Assembly: GCF_964355755.1 (NCBI RefSeq)
Contig: NC_092672.1
Location: 2,294,001-2,358,000 of the forward strand
Length of the DNA stretch: 64,000 bases
From: Antedon mediterranea
Lineage: Eukaryota > Animalia > Echinodermata
Reading direction: 5' to 3'
Each line of letters starts with the position of its first letter. Position 1 is the first letter of the stretch. Below the pieces are notes generated by a model. The model had not been told where the DNA came from. It saw only the letters and a list, made by a program, of their open reading frames with translations, and did not search any database. Both the position numbers and the translations under genes were made by a program. Of this stretch, positions 49,791-62,337 are shown piece by piece.

Positions 49791-52700
49791 ATGGTAGTTG
49801 CTTATGGTATCACTGTAGGCCTAAGGTTCAACATTTAGCTCCGCAAAAGATAGTCAATGCATAGAGTCATTATGTTCACAAACAGTACTAAAACTTCAAA
49901 TAAACATCATCGGATCAAACACATCTCCGTAATGACACTTTACATCGTATGCCCCTTTATCAATAATACCCAGAGAGGGTTATAGAGTTTGGTATCAGAA
50001 TCATGTAATTTGATGTTCTGTAAAAGTTTTTCTCGATCCATAATCCCGATATCATACGGTTACTATGATGATTGTGCATCAATGTCAAAAACATGAAATA
50101 TTTTTATAAAAAAACTGTATTTATGTAGTGATAGACATTAGGCCATTCATCTTGAATGTTACATTATTCAGCATATCGTTGTTTTTTTAGAAATAGATTT
50201 TAATGTGGACTTAGTGAACTTTTCAGAATGGTATGATAAAAACAACCTCGTAAGACAGCTAAAGGTTTTATACCACGATTTAATTTCAGTAGCAGACATA
50301 GACAAAGCCAACACAACGATAGATCTACTGGATGCATTGAGAAAAACAGGACGTTTAAGCCGAGGCAATCTGGAGTTACTTTATGAAACGATAAAAATAA
50401 CACAAACGTTTGGAGCTATCAAAGTTTTTCAACAATCTTTCTTCGAAGTTCAAGAAATACAAATTATTAATTTCACCCCATATCGACACTGGATTGCAGA
50501 TTTTGGAAACGAACTACGAAAGGCTGCTGTTAAGAAAATTGATGCACTCTTCAACAATCCTTTAAAAAATTATGAAGACTCGTGGAGTATGATTATAGAC
50601 TTGGAACAAAGACAAATACTTTGTGAAGAAAGAAAAGAAGGGTTTATTAACATTCTTAACAGAATTGGACTGGCATCAACGATGAAATGCCTGGCACAAG
50701 GTATGTAACAGGAACGTGTTAGCAAACAAATAATTAATTGGAGAAGATTATAAAAATAGCCTATAATATGTGTAAAACATTCACTACGTAACAATTATTG
50801 TATATTTGTATTTTTTCTTGTTTGTTATTTAACAGAGGAAGTGCCGAGAAGTAGTAGTAGTGACACAAGAATGCAAACAGAGGAAGGTAACTATAGTTAT
50901 AATGTTATGTAGGACATTAGAGTCAAAATTATTTTATTGGTGAAATCAAACTAGAGAAATTAGTAATAGATTGATAAATTAAATGAAATAAAATTAGTGA
51001 TTTGAAATGTAATTATGGAAAGCGAAATAAACCCAAAATAATTCAATTTACCAATTCATTTTTTAAACTCAAACCATAATGTTGTACAGTTCAACCAAAT
51101 CTCAATTCACTTTTAACATCCGGTGACGTCCTAGGCAACAAAAGGTAAATTAAATGTTAAGGAGGCAAACTACGCATACAATAACCCTTCTTCTATTCCT
51201 TATGTTATAATAATGTTTTATCATCAGTATTCTTTAGAGTTAAAATAATATGCATACCTGTAAGGAAATACAGGTATCTCACTTATGTGATTGGTGAATA
51301 CGGCCACTGGGGCTTATTTCATCCTATTTCGGATTTGTGATAAATTTATTTTTCGGTTTGCTGCCCTCTGTTGGTCATGTTTTTAAAAATTATGCTTCTC
51401 TTCTTATCTGATTTATCCGTGGATTTATCAAAATTTGTGTTTGTCAACCTAAATTTACAAATACGTTACGGTACAAGATAAGGAGTGAGCCTCCGTATAT
51501 CAGAAAATAGTCTGGTATAACTAATAATAATTACTTGACTTACTTTAACTGAGTACAGTAATAGCAAATTATTATTACATTCGAATTCCAAACAATTATC
51601 TAGGCCTGCAAAAAGAACAAACAACTAATTAATAACATTTTTAAAACTGCTTTATATAAAAGATAAATTAAGATCAACAGTTTAATAATTTAAAAATACA
51701 TGTATTATAAAATATTATTATGTATACATTTCTGAACCTCTTTTTTTACATTTAGAAAAGATTGAAGAATATCTGCTGCTAACACAAAAGGAAAACTGCA
51801 GGCAGGCCAGGATATTTACACCAGAAACAATGCGTGGTAGATACACAGTTGACATTTCACAGATGTTTACCGATATGGAACTACTGAAAGAACGTGAAAA
51901 CAATAAAGGAAGCAAACCAACAACATTGGAAGAAGTGGTAGATGTTATACAATCCACACCTGGATGTAAAGCCCTCATAGAAGGGGAGGGAGGTATTGGA
52001 AAAACTACCATATTAAGGCATTTATCGTACAACTGGTCTGATCAATCAATTAAATTATTTGAAGGTAAAATTGTGTTTCTTTTAAGTTTAAGAGATTTAA
52101 AAAAAGATGACGACATATCTGATCTGATTGTACAGCAACTGACAGATTTCAATTTAGACACAGATCTCCCAGAAGATCCACAGTTAATTAAGGCATTTAT
52201 AAATAAACATGACAATAGCGTTGTGTTACTACTAGATGGATTAGATGAATTAAGATTTGATAATCAAAGCGTAATTAGTCTTTTCAGAAAAAAAAGGTTT
52301 AAACAAAGTACTGTAATACTTACTTCAAGACCGGAAAACATAGATGAATTTATAAAAGAGTGTGACGTACACATAAGAGTTAGTGGATTCAACAAAGAGA
52401 GCATTGGAAAGTATATTGAAAAATACTTTAAGCATTTTGAAAATCAACAATTGGGAGAATCCCTTAAAGAAGAGTTGGATATTGACACTTTTTGGCCTGG
52501 GGAAAAACATCCAGAAGCATATTCAATGTGCAAAAATCCAATGCTACTTCTTTCGATCTGTATGCTATGGGAAGATAATCAAAGTCTTCCTAGTGATAAT
52601 ACTGATCTTTTCAAAGAATTATTTCGTAGTATTTTAAATCAATTTAACAAACAAAAACAATGTGACAAAATTTTAAAATTTGAAGACACCCCATCAAAAT

Positions 52701-53851
52701 ATGTACACGCTATGATTTTGTTAGGCAAATGTATGTATATAAACTTAAAACGAAATCAACTTTCAATAAAAATAACAGATTTGATTGATACACATTCCAC
52801 AAGAGATATGATTGACATGGCCCTAAAACTTGGATTTGTTTACGAAGAAGCACCACTTTCAAAATCTAATTGTGAAAGAATATTTATGCCTCCTCACAAA
52901 TTGATTGTAGAATCATTGGTGGGATTTTACATGTCTAAATTATTGGAAAGTGAAAATATAAAAGATGACTCAGACGTGAGACAATTACTTATACCATTGG
53001 GTTATAATGAATTGGATGTAATAAAAAGCGAGTATTTCAAAGTTGCGAGAAAGTTTGCACTTGGTTTCCTTGATGCTGCAACAGCTGGTTATTATTTAAA
53101 GCAATGGCTCACAAAACATTTCCCATTAAGAATGAGTAGTAGAATTCGGAAGTTTTTTTTCGGCATTAAGATTACATACAAGGAAAGATTTATTGCGAAC
53201 ATTTTAGACATTGAACCTGACCCTTATGGACGTGTTAGTGTTAGGATTCAGAATGTATCAGGTGATGTATTTAATAACTTTCTTACAGAATGTTCTCTCA
53301 AACAAGTTCAATTAGCATTACGTTATCTCTTTATCTCTGGTAATAACTTTCACAACATTGATGTTAATTCATTGCCTTCATTACTCATTATGTGTCCTAA
53401 GCTGTGGTGGCTTGAAATGAGGGATTGCAATCTATCAGGTGACGTCATCAATTACCTGGGTACAGAATGTTCTCTCAAACAAGTTCAATTAGCATTAGAT
53501 ATTCTCGATATCTCTAATAATAACCTTCACAACATTGATGGTAATTCATTGTCTTCATTTCTCATTATGTGTCCTAAGCTGAGGCACCTTGTCATGATTA
53601 ATTGCAATCTATCAGGTGACGTCATCAATCACTTGGTTACAGAATGTTCTCTCAAACAAGTTCAATTACCATTACGTACTCTCCGTATCTCTCATAATAA
53701 CCTTCACAGCATTAATGTTAATTCAATGTCTTCATTACTCATTATGTGTCCTAAGCTGTGGGTGCTTGACATGAGTGATTGCAATCTATCAGATGAAGTA
53801 ATCAATTACTTGACCGAAGAACACTATTCAAACAGAGCCATCCAATTTTAA
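49791..53851 (+). CDS. NLR-2: different tandem DED-like exon + short linker + NACHT + LRR (about 890 aa)
   Basis: Exons 50191-50700, 50836-50886 and 51756-53851 are phase 1, GT-AG. The start exon 49791-49806 (MVVAY, donor GTATCA) is tentative. Same NACHT motifs as NLR-1; three 59-aa LRR modules. Confidence 0.87.
50191..50700 (+). CDS. NLR-2 effector exon: two DED-like units
   Basis: QLKVLYHDLIS..IDKANTTIDLLDALRKTGRLSRGNLELLYETI, then YRHWIADFGNELRKAAVKKI..DSWSMIIDLEQRQIL. Acceptor TTTTTTTAG at 50190, donor GTATGT at 50701. Confidence 0.65.
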
Positions 53852-55767
53852 AACTAATTTTACAATTCTATTATACTGTATTCAATTTATATATAATTAT
53901 ATATAAACATTACCATTATAAAACTCGCAGAACGTAAGTGTCATTTTGGAAATTCCCGTTATAATTGCGTCTGTAGTCTAAAAATGTCATGCAATCTATA
54001 ATAGAACTTCAACCAAATCCGGAATAGACTATTCCCAAATTTATAATTTTGTTTTTTTAATCTCAAAGCAACATTTTATTTTCTCAAAAAAAGTGTATTC
54101 CTCTCCTCCCCCTTGCGTCGAATACGCGTACTTCATCCATATTCATCATCTTCTTCCTAGAAGCGCGCGTACAATCAAAGAGAGCTAGCTAGCTCTCTGC
54201 ATCCCATCTGCATGCTACATACGCGTGTACAGGATATTATACGTATAAATACTGTATAAGTTAGGCAACAATTGTTGCTAAGTGATATTATTTTTATTTA
54301 ATTACAACATGATACTGTATGGTAGGAATTGACAATTTATATTCTGTGTGTTTATATTGGTATAATTCATTTTTTCTTTATTTTGTATTTTCTTTACATT
54401 TTCTTCGCAAATACAGCTCAAATGACCAGTTCTTTTCAGATATCTTTGAGATAATATTTGATTTGTGGTGAATGTGCAATGTATAACGTCAGCATAACTA
54501 CAATGCAATAGTCATTCATATGTTTTAGTGATATTGTTTTTACTTTAGTTTAACATGTTATGTAGTAGATTTATTTGTTCTAAAGGGTCTTACGACTACA
54601 GACAATTACTTGTCTCTGTGAAATCTCTGTAATGTAAGTATTTATATTGCTGAATGAATGTGAATGAACTTGTAGTAGATTTATTTGATAATCTATTTTA
54701 AATTTGTCCATGTTTTTGGAAAAATACATGTTTAATAACCCAGGTGGTATGACAATGGTAATTTGGTATAATTCATGTCTGATAATAGACGAAAATTTTT
54801 TTTATATTTCTTGTTTGTACAATTCATTTGAATTTGGGAAATTTGTATGATGTATGAATAAAATTATATATTTTGATAATGTAAATAATTAATGTAATTA
54901 TTGTTGATAATATAAATATAGACTCTAAGTACTAAATGTGCCAAACTGTGCATGGCAAGTTTCATATTGCGTTAACTTTTACTTGATGATGACAAATAAA
55001 AGTAATAATGTTAGTTACGTTTGTTTATCTTTTCTTAGCTTTTGTGTGATGTCTACCGTATTGAAAATAATTCATGTGATTATAAGCAGATCCAAGGACA
55101 CATGATCTACCCTCGACACGCTTTTTACCGTCTAAACACGCCTTAAAATGGTCGCAATGAAGTCAATCTAAAACAAAACAGCAATTAGGCTCTGCTCCCA
55201 TATACATGATACATTCTGGATCTGGACCTTTGTGATACAGTGTGTAGGCCTATAGTATCTGCGCCTGGTGATATCAGTATAGCTATAGGCCTACAGTATC
55301 TATCTGCGGCCTGGTGATACAGTATTTATCACAAATGGGTGCAGGGCCGGCCTAAAAATGGTAAAATGAAATGCTGAGCTTAATATGATGTCCTAGGCCC
55401 TCCCCGCCTCCCACGCCTGATTTCAATGAATCTATTAAAGAAATCATTGTCGTATTAACATTACTCTATCACAAATCAAATACGGTCGGTACATATTTTC
55501 ACAAAACATTATTTTTATTGATGTTATATCACGATGCAACATTTGATGACGGGAAATAATTGATGTTTCATATTGAGAGCAAATCGATTTTATAAATGAA
55601 TATAGCTCATTATTACTGTACTGTTACTGAGATTACCATAAAGAGGCCAACAGCAAAACAATATACATAATTATTAAAGCTAGCTACCTTCATTTTGTTT
55701 ACCCATAGAATTTGAATATTACAAGAATAAAACATGATGATTATAATTAAATAATGAATACGATAGT

Positions 55768-57145
55768 TATGAAGACAAATGTACATGGTGCTATGTTGAA
55801 GTTACTGAGCGATGATCAATGACGTATGAAGACAAATGTACATGGTGCTATGTTGAAGTTACTGCTGAGCGATGATCAATGACGTATAAAGACAAATGTA
55901 CATGGTGCTATGTTGAAGTTACTGAGCGATGATCAATGACGTATGAAGACAAATGTACATGGTGCTATGTTAAAGTTACTGAGCGATGATCAATGACGTA
56001 TGAAGACAAATGTACATGGTGCTATGTTGAAGTTACTGAGCGATGATCAATGACGTATGAAGACAAATGTACATGGTGCTATGTTGAAGTTACTGAGCGA
56101 TGATCAATGACGTATGAAGACAAATGTAAATGGTGCTATGTTGAAGTTACTGAGCGATGATCAACGACGTATAAAGACAAATGTACATGGTGCTATGTTG
56201 AAGTTACTGAGCGATGATCAATGACGTATGAAGACAAATGTACATGGTGCTATGTTGAAGTTACTGAGCGATGATCAATGACGTATGAAGACAAATGTAC
56301 ATGGTGCTATGTTGAAGTTACTGAGCGATGATCAACGACGTATGAAGACAAATGTACATGGTGCTATGTTAAAGTTACTGAGCGATGATCAATGACGTAT
56401 GAAGACAAATGTACATGGTGCTATGTTGAAGTTAGTGAGCGATGATCAATGACGTATGGAAACAAATGTACATGGTGCTATGTTGAAGTTACTGAGCGAT
56501 GATCAATGACGTATGAAGACAAATGTACATGGTGCTATGTTGAAGTTACTGAGCGATGATCAATGACGTATGAAGACAAATGTACATGGTGCTATGTTAA
56601 AATTACTGAGCGATGATCAACGACGTATGAAGACAAATGTACATGGTGCTATGTTGAAGTTACTGAGCGATGATCAATGACGTATGAAGACAAATTAATG
56701 TACATGGTGCTATGTTAAAGTTACTGAGCGATGATCAATGACGTATAAAGACAAATGTACATGGTGCTATGTTGAAGTTACTGAGCGATGATCGATGACG
56801 TATAAAGACAAATGTACATGGTGCTATGTTGAAGTTACTGAGCGATGATCGATGACGTATAAAGACAAATGTACATGGTGCTATGTTGAAGTTACTGAGC
56901 GATGATCAATGACGTATGAAGACAAATGTACATGGTGCTATGTTGAAGTTACTGCTGAGCGATGATCAATGACGTATAAAGACAAATGTACATGGTGCTA
57001 TGTTGAAGTTACTGAGCGATGATCAACGACGTATAAAGACAAATTTACATGGTGCTATGTTGAAGTTACTGAGCGATGATCAATGACGTATAAAGACAAA
57101 TTTACATGGTGCTATGTTAAAGTTACTGAGCGATGATCAATGACG
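55768..57145. repeat. 57-bp tandem satellite, 24 units
   Basis: Unit TATGAAGACAAATGTACATGGTGCTATGTTGAAGTTACTGAGCGATGATCAATGACG. 1378 bp minus three small insertions (10 bp) = 24 x 57. No spacers. Confidence 0.95.
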
Positions 57146-57563
57146 TATAGTTTGTACAGCAATGATGATGCATGATACTAGATACATTTGATGATGATAA
57201 CAGTGTAAGGAAAATGCAAAAATATAAAACACTATCCTGTTTGCATTTACAAATTAATAAATTAAAGTGTAAACTTATTAAACCTTACGCCTCCTAAACC
57301 AGCACAGCTGTGTTATAAATAAGTACAAAGGCTGTTTGCTCATGCAGGTATCAACAAAGCAGTACCACCTATGTATTTTCATGTGTTTACCACAAAGTGC
57401 TAATTATAATATTAGAAAAACTCTAAAAGACTCAACATCTATCCACCACCTAATCAAACTGGAAGTTAAAAAAGAAATGTTATTTAATAATTGCACAAAT
57501 AAAGGAATGCGTTGCACTGAATGTTTCTTAATGAATAAATTGTATGTAACGCAATAAGTTATC

Positions 57564-57900
57564 CGAGTGCTTGCCATGAATGATTGCAATCTATCAGGTG
57601 ATATATAATCTATCATGCGCGCAAAGACTGTTCAAAGAGAAATGATTTTACAATCCTACTAATAGTGCATGTATATATAATTCTATATAAACAGCACATT
57701 TTTAAAAACTCGCAGCACGTAAGTGTAAATTTGAAAATTCTCGTTAGAATTGCATCTATAATCTATAAACTGCATGCTTTAAATAATAGATATTCAAACA
57801 AATCGGGTAGACCTACAGTATAATAGTAATATAATCAATATCATAATTTTTTAAGCAAAATTTTACTTTCTCAACAGTTTATTCCTACCTATAGCCTACA
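57564..57900 (+). pseudogene. Orphan remnant of a third NLR: last LRR plus 3' flank
   Basis: GTGCTTGCCATGAATGATTGCAATCTATCAGGTGA...TGTTCAAAGAGA...TTTTACAATCCTA...AAACTCGCAGCACGTAAGTGT aligns with 40375-40590 and 53762-53980; frameshifted. Confidence 0.75.
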
Positions 57901-60879
57901 ACTGGTATTGTTGCTGCACATTCTACAGAGGCTCAGAGCACTCACAGTTTGAATACACATAGTGTTTGTTGTATTTAGGTTGCAAAAAGTTGGTGGACCT
58001 AAAAACTGATTCTTCTAATCCATACTCTTTAATATTAAACAGATACAATTATGATTGCCTGTACAAAACATCTTTAGCACTTTATTATTAGTTTGGTTAA
58101 ATAGTATAATATTTTAATATAGTAAAATTTGATTATTTCAATACATACATAATTTATTTTTTATGATTTTGTTTTTACATTATTCTTTAAACATTGATTA
58201 CAGGGAATTGTACAAAGCAAGGATAATTCTCCATTTAACGACCACATTGAATTCGATGAAATGACTGTGTAATGCATCAAATTAAAGTAACATGAACAAG
58301 TTTGTTAATAATGTCGTAGCAAGTATGCACACACAGCGCATGGACTTACTTTTCATTACTAGCCAATTGGGCAAGTTACATGTTTGGCCATATACCATTT
58401 TACTTGCAGAAACCAAACACAATTCATTACACCCTTTACAAATATTGTTTAAGTGCAGATGTTGTGTTTTAAATGAGAAGAACAATAAATATTTCATATC
58501 ACAGTGTACACAGATATTGAATAATATTAGCAAGACAATTGATTTCATTTTAGAAGCTAACTCCTCCACGTTCACGGGAAAATCGAATTCGGCTTTGGTT
58601 GAACACCGTCGAACTAAGGCCAATGTGAATAGTGAAGCGTAACGGTGCTTCCTGAACCTTTAGGTTCGAATCTCCAGTTGCTGTTTTGATTGCTTAACGG
58701 TGGCATTTGTTAATGCATCAACCTATAAAGAAAATTTTCTTTAAAACCCAAGAACAGCAATACATACCAATCTCAAAATACGATGGCCAAAAAGAAAGGC
58801 ATAATAATAATAATAATAACACTAATAATAATAATAATAAGCTTTAATTATTCACGGATACTTAACTCAACTGAAAGTTGTTTTTCAGTAAGACCGTGTT
58901 TAAAGGAAAACACACAAAAAAAAGTAAATGTAAAAAGAACTTAATTACTATCAAAACAGGTAATAAAACAATTACAATGAAATAAAATGAAACAAGGATA
59001 CACTTACTAACTATAAAATTAAATAATACACTACATTTAAATAAAGCTACATGAAATTAGCAGTTAACAGTTTCTTAAAAAGAGAGACAGTGTTCACATT
59101 TTTAATATCTTCATGTAATATGGAAGTTCAATGAAGATTAGTTCAAAAATGAATTGATATATCTTCGTTTACCTTTTTTTAAAAATATGTTTCATTTTTA
59201 ATTTACAAAAAAAGGTATTATATGCATTCACATATGAATGGTTCAGTAGAATTTGTTTAAATCCTGTTCATTATTATTTGCGTACATTGCAGTGCGAACC
59301 AACATTTTAACTGGATTAAGAAATGTGCAAGAGTGTCATCTACTACTGTAACTGAATGATGTTGCAGATGTCAAGACATTATAGTATTATGTTCAAATGA
59401 TTCCGTGTATTTTTCTGTGTAATAATTACTGTACTGTTAAATCAAGAATTCCGTATAGTGTTTCATTTATAAGGAAGTGCTAAACAAGATGTTATAATCA
59501 CACGTGATATGAATACTGTTGACCTAATGGAGGGGTGCAGAAGCTGCTACGAAATCGTCAACGATTAACTATATCCAGTTTTAAACCAATAATAAATACA
59601 AAATATGTATGTAGACATTTTATTTAATATAAACATCAATCCGGTATCTGAAATTAAGTAATTCCAAAAAAATGCATGTATAGCTGGCTTCTGGCTAATA
59701 CTTTTATATCAATTTTAAGAATTGGCAATTTTGTTCCTGTTCATCGAGGAATGGGTATTTAGGCCGCCGCCTAAACATAAAACGGAAAAGAGCCAGCATT
59801 ATTTTTGCAAAAATAAAACACAATACTACTAATATTACTCTTTCCAAATGTCAGTAATGCCTTTCATCATTTAACTTCGGCTAACAACAATTTTAATTTT
59901 CTGCATACTTTTTTTTCTCTTCTGACTTATTGTTGTCAACATAAGTTTATATTATATCTTAAGTAAATAAAATAATTATTCAATGAAATTCATCAATGAT
60001 TTAAGATACTAAATTTGCAGGGTGAAAATGTAAGCGTGTGCCTAAATCAAATGAAAGTTCCCAAATTTACCAAACCCACATATCGACGTGCACAGACTGG
60101 GAATTAGGTTTACAAGTATAAGTGATTACACATCATGCCCTCTTCGTAAATGTTAAATTTACACGTCACATACAGTGTTGCTATTCAGTGCATTGCCCTA
60201 TTGACCATACATTTACCTCATTTACGATTTGAAAATCTGCTCATGATTTTTTGAATAATTGAACACGTCAACTTTGACAATATTTAACGTTCGTTTCCAG
60301 AAGAATGCGCTTGGAGCAATTAAATCCGAATACTACGGTGACTGATTTCCGCCAAAAAAAATGTATAATAATACGGCGTTATAACCCCCTAATACGGCGT
60401 TATAACGCCCTAAATACGGCGTTATAACACCCTAAATATACAATCTGTTCACACGTACATGCGCATGCGTAATACATCAACAAACCTCTCGGCGCATTCA
60501 CAGATTTTAGAAAGTCACGTGGTACATTACTGGCCATCTTTGTGTCCAACTATGCCTATGTAGTGTATGGAGTCAAGTCATGTGCTTAAAAAATGTATAA
60601 CATGCATTCAAAAGGTTTTAAATATCTAATTTAATATCAAAACAATCAATTTGTTTAAAGGTTTTTGTTAAGATAACGCAATCCTAAATTTACTGCGAAG
60701 ATGATTAAACAACAAAATGTAAAAACAATGCATTACAATAGAGAATCGCTGTACAAAATAAACGCGAACGCGTAGAGAGAGTGTATGGAGCGCACAGCCA
60801 GAGCTGTTAAATTAAATGGATTAAAGCTATTTTTTGTTTAAAATCATCAAAATAATATTATTATTTTAACAAACCTTTA

Positions 60880-62240
60880 TAGTGTAGGCCACTATGTAAT
60901 TTCGTGTCATTTTTTTGTTAAAAGCAAAATTCCAGCTGATTTAGTGTCTTTAGGATGTAAAGTAATGAAAAAAATATGTTGCCATTTTTTAAAAAAGCTT
61001 AAGGGTGTCAAATCCAAGATGGCCGCCAATACGTAAAATATCCAATAAATGTACCATATTGGACAAAGTAACACCCATTATGAATAATATTTTAAGTTCA
61101 TATGGGTTCTCTGCTATATAAGAATTATTATAAACCTATATTCATTAGTATTCTGACATTTTGAATTTCAAAATGGCCGCCATTTTTTAAAAATGGATTA
61201 AATTTCTTATTAAAACATGTACAAGTTATGACGTTGATTGAAATCACATAAAATGATAGGCCTATGACAACATTGGTGATTAACACAAAATGGCGGCCAT
61301 TTTGAATTTTAAAATGGCCGCCATTTTTAAACAAGGCCAACAGCCATTAAGTCGCGTGCTACAATGCATAGTGATACCGGACCGACAGACAGACCGACAG
61401 ACAGACCGACAGACCGACCGACCGACCGACATAGTGAACTATACTGACCAAAATTACTGAACATGTTTAAAAATGTTGAAATGTTTAAAAACATTTATAT
61501 TTTTTTAATTTACACGTGCGTAGCCTGTCACTTTCGACGTGCTCGTATAACGTAATTTCGAGTTGAAAAGTAAGTCAAGAAAACAGAAATCGGGCAAAAA
61601 GAGTGCGCAATAACATTTAACGCGCAGTGCGCGCGCAAAAATATGCGCACTCATGGCAATTTTGTAAACGCTTAAAATTGCCTGAAATGTACTCTTATTT
61701 CATCGAAAATAAATTTTGAAAATTTTAAGCGCGCGTACACATGCGTTACATGCGCTACGCCCGTAATTGTATTGCCATATGATGATTTATGCCCTGAAAT
61801 TTATGAGTACCAAATTTTATTTAATTGTGATTCATGGTTGTGAAGATATGATTACAAACGTGATTTCGTTAAATCGTGCGTAGACCGCGTAATTTTTTAT
61901 TGCGCACCGTGAAAACATAACCACATTGATTCCTGGCCATAAGGAATATACTGTGAAAAATTGACCTAGCTAGATTAAACTGATATCAAGATAAGGTCAG
62001 AAAGCGATAAAACGCATAGTGATACCGGACCGACAGACAGACCGACAGACAGACAGACAGACAGACCGACCAACCGACCGACATAGTGAACTATAGAGTC
62101 GCTTCCACGCGACTAAAAATGGGTTAAATTTCTTATTAAAACTTGTATAAGTTAAATAAAATTAGATTGAAATATACAAAATGATATGCTTATGACAACA
62201 ACATGGTGATTAACACAAAATGTTGACCATCAGGAGGTCT
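60880..62240. mobile_element. End of a DNA transposon rich in AAAATGGCCGCC repeats (possibly Academ-like)
   Basis: Begins TAGTGTAGGCC exactly where homology to copy 1 breaks. Repeated CAAGATGGCCGCC / AAAATGGCCGCCATTTT motifs. The superfamily guess rests only on the 5'-TAG terminus. Confidence 0.5.
61330..62118 (+). mobile_element. HINE/DINE-1-like (Helentron non-autonomous) element nested in the preceding element
   Basis: Two GCATAGTGATACCGGACC-(GACA/GACC)n-GACATAGTGAACTATA blocks (61366-61443, 62014-62095), 3' hairpin AGTCGC-TTCCAC-GCGACT plus an A-run. The host repeat unit resumes at 62115. Confidence 0.6.
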
Positions 62241-62337
62241 ACAGTACTGACTGTACACTTCTTCATATTAAAACATCTCATAAACTTCTTCAGTTAAATG
62301 ACAACTAACTCTGCCAAAGTCCTTCAATGAAATATTT

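Larger units (their letters stand above)
50780..60879 (+). repeat. Segmental duplication copy 2
   Basis: As copy 1, plus the 57-bp array and an extra segment of about 1.05 kb; visible homology ends at the insertion starting 60880. Confidence 0.93.

Noticed and set aside
55768-57145. CRISPR array, coding repeat or C/D snoRNA cluster
   Set aside because: Units are contiguous with no unique spacers and no cas genes; the consensus unit has stops in all six frames; CTGA is present but there is no canonical RTGATGA box or terminal stem.
37160-60879. Duplication as a haplotype assembly artefact
   Set aside because: The copies differ by unrelated 5' exons, module counts, a divergent patch and several insertions, more than expected of simple alleles. 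Read depth would be needed to exclude it fully.
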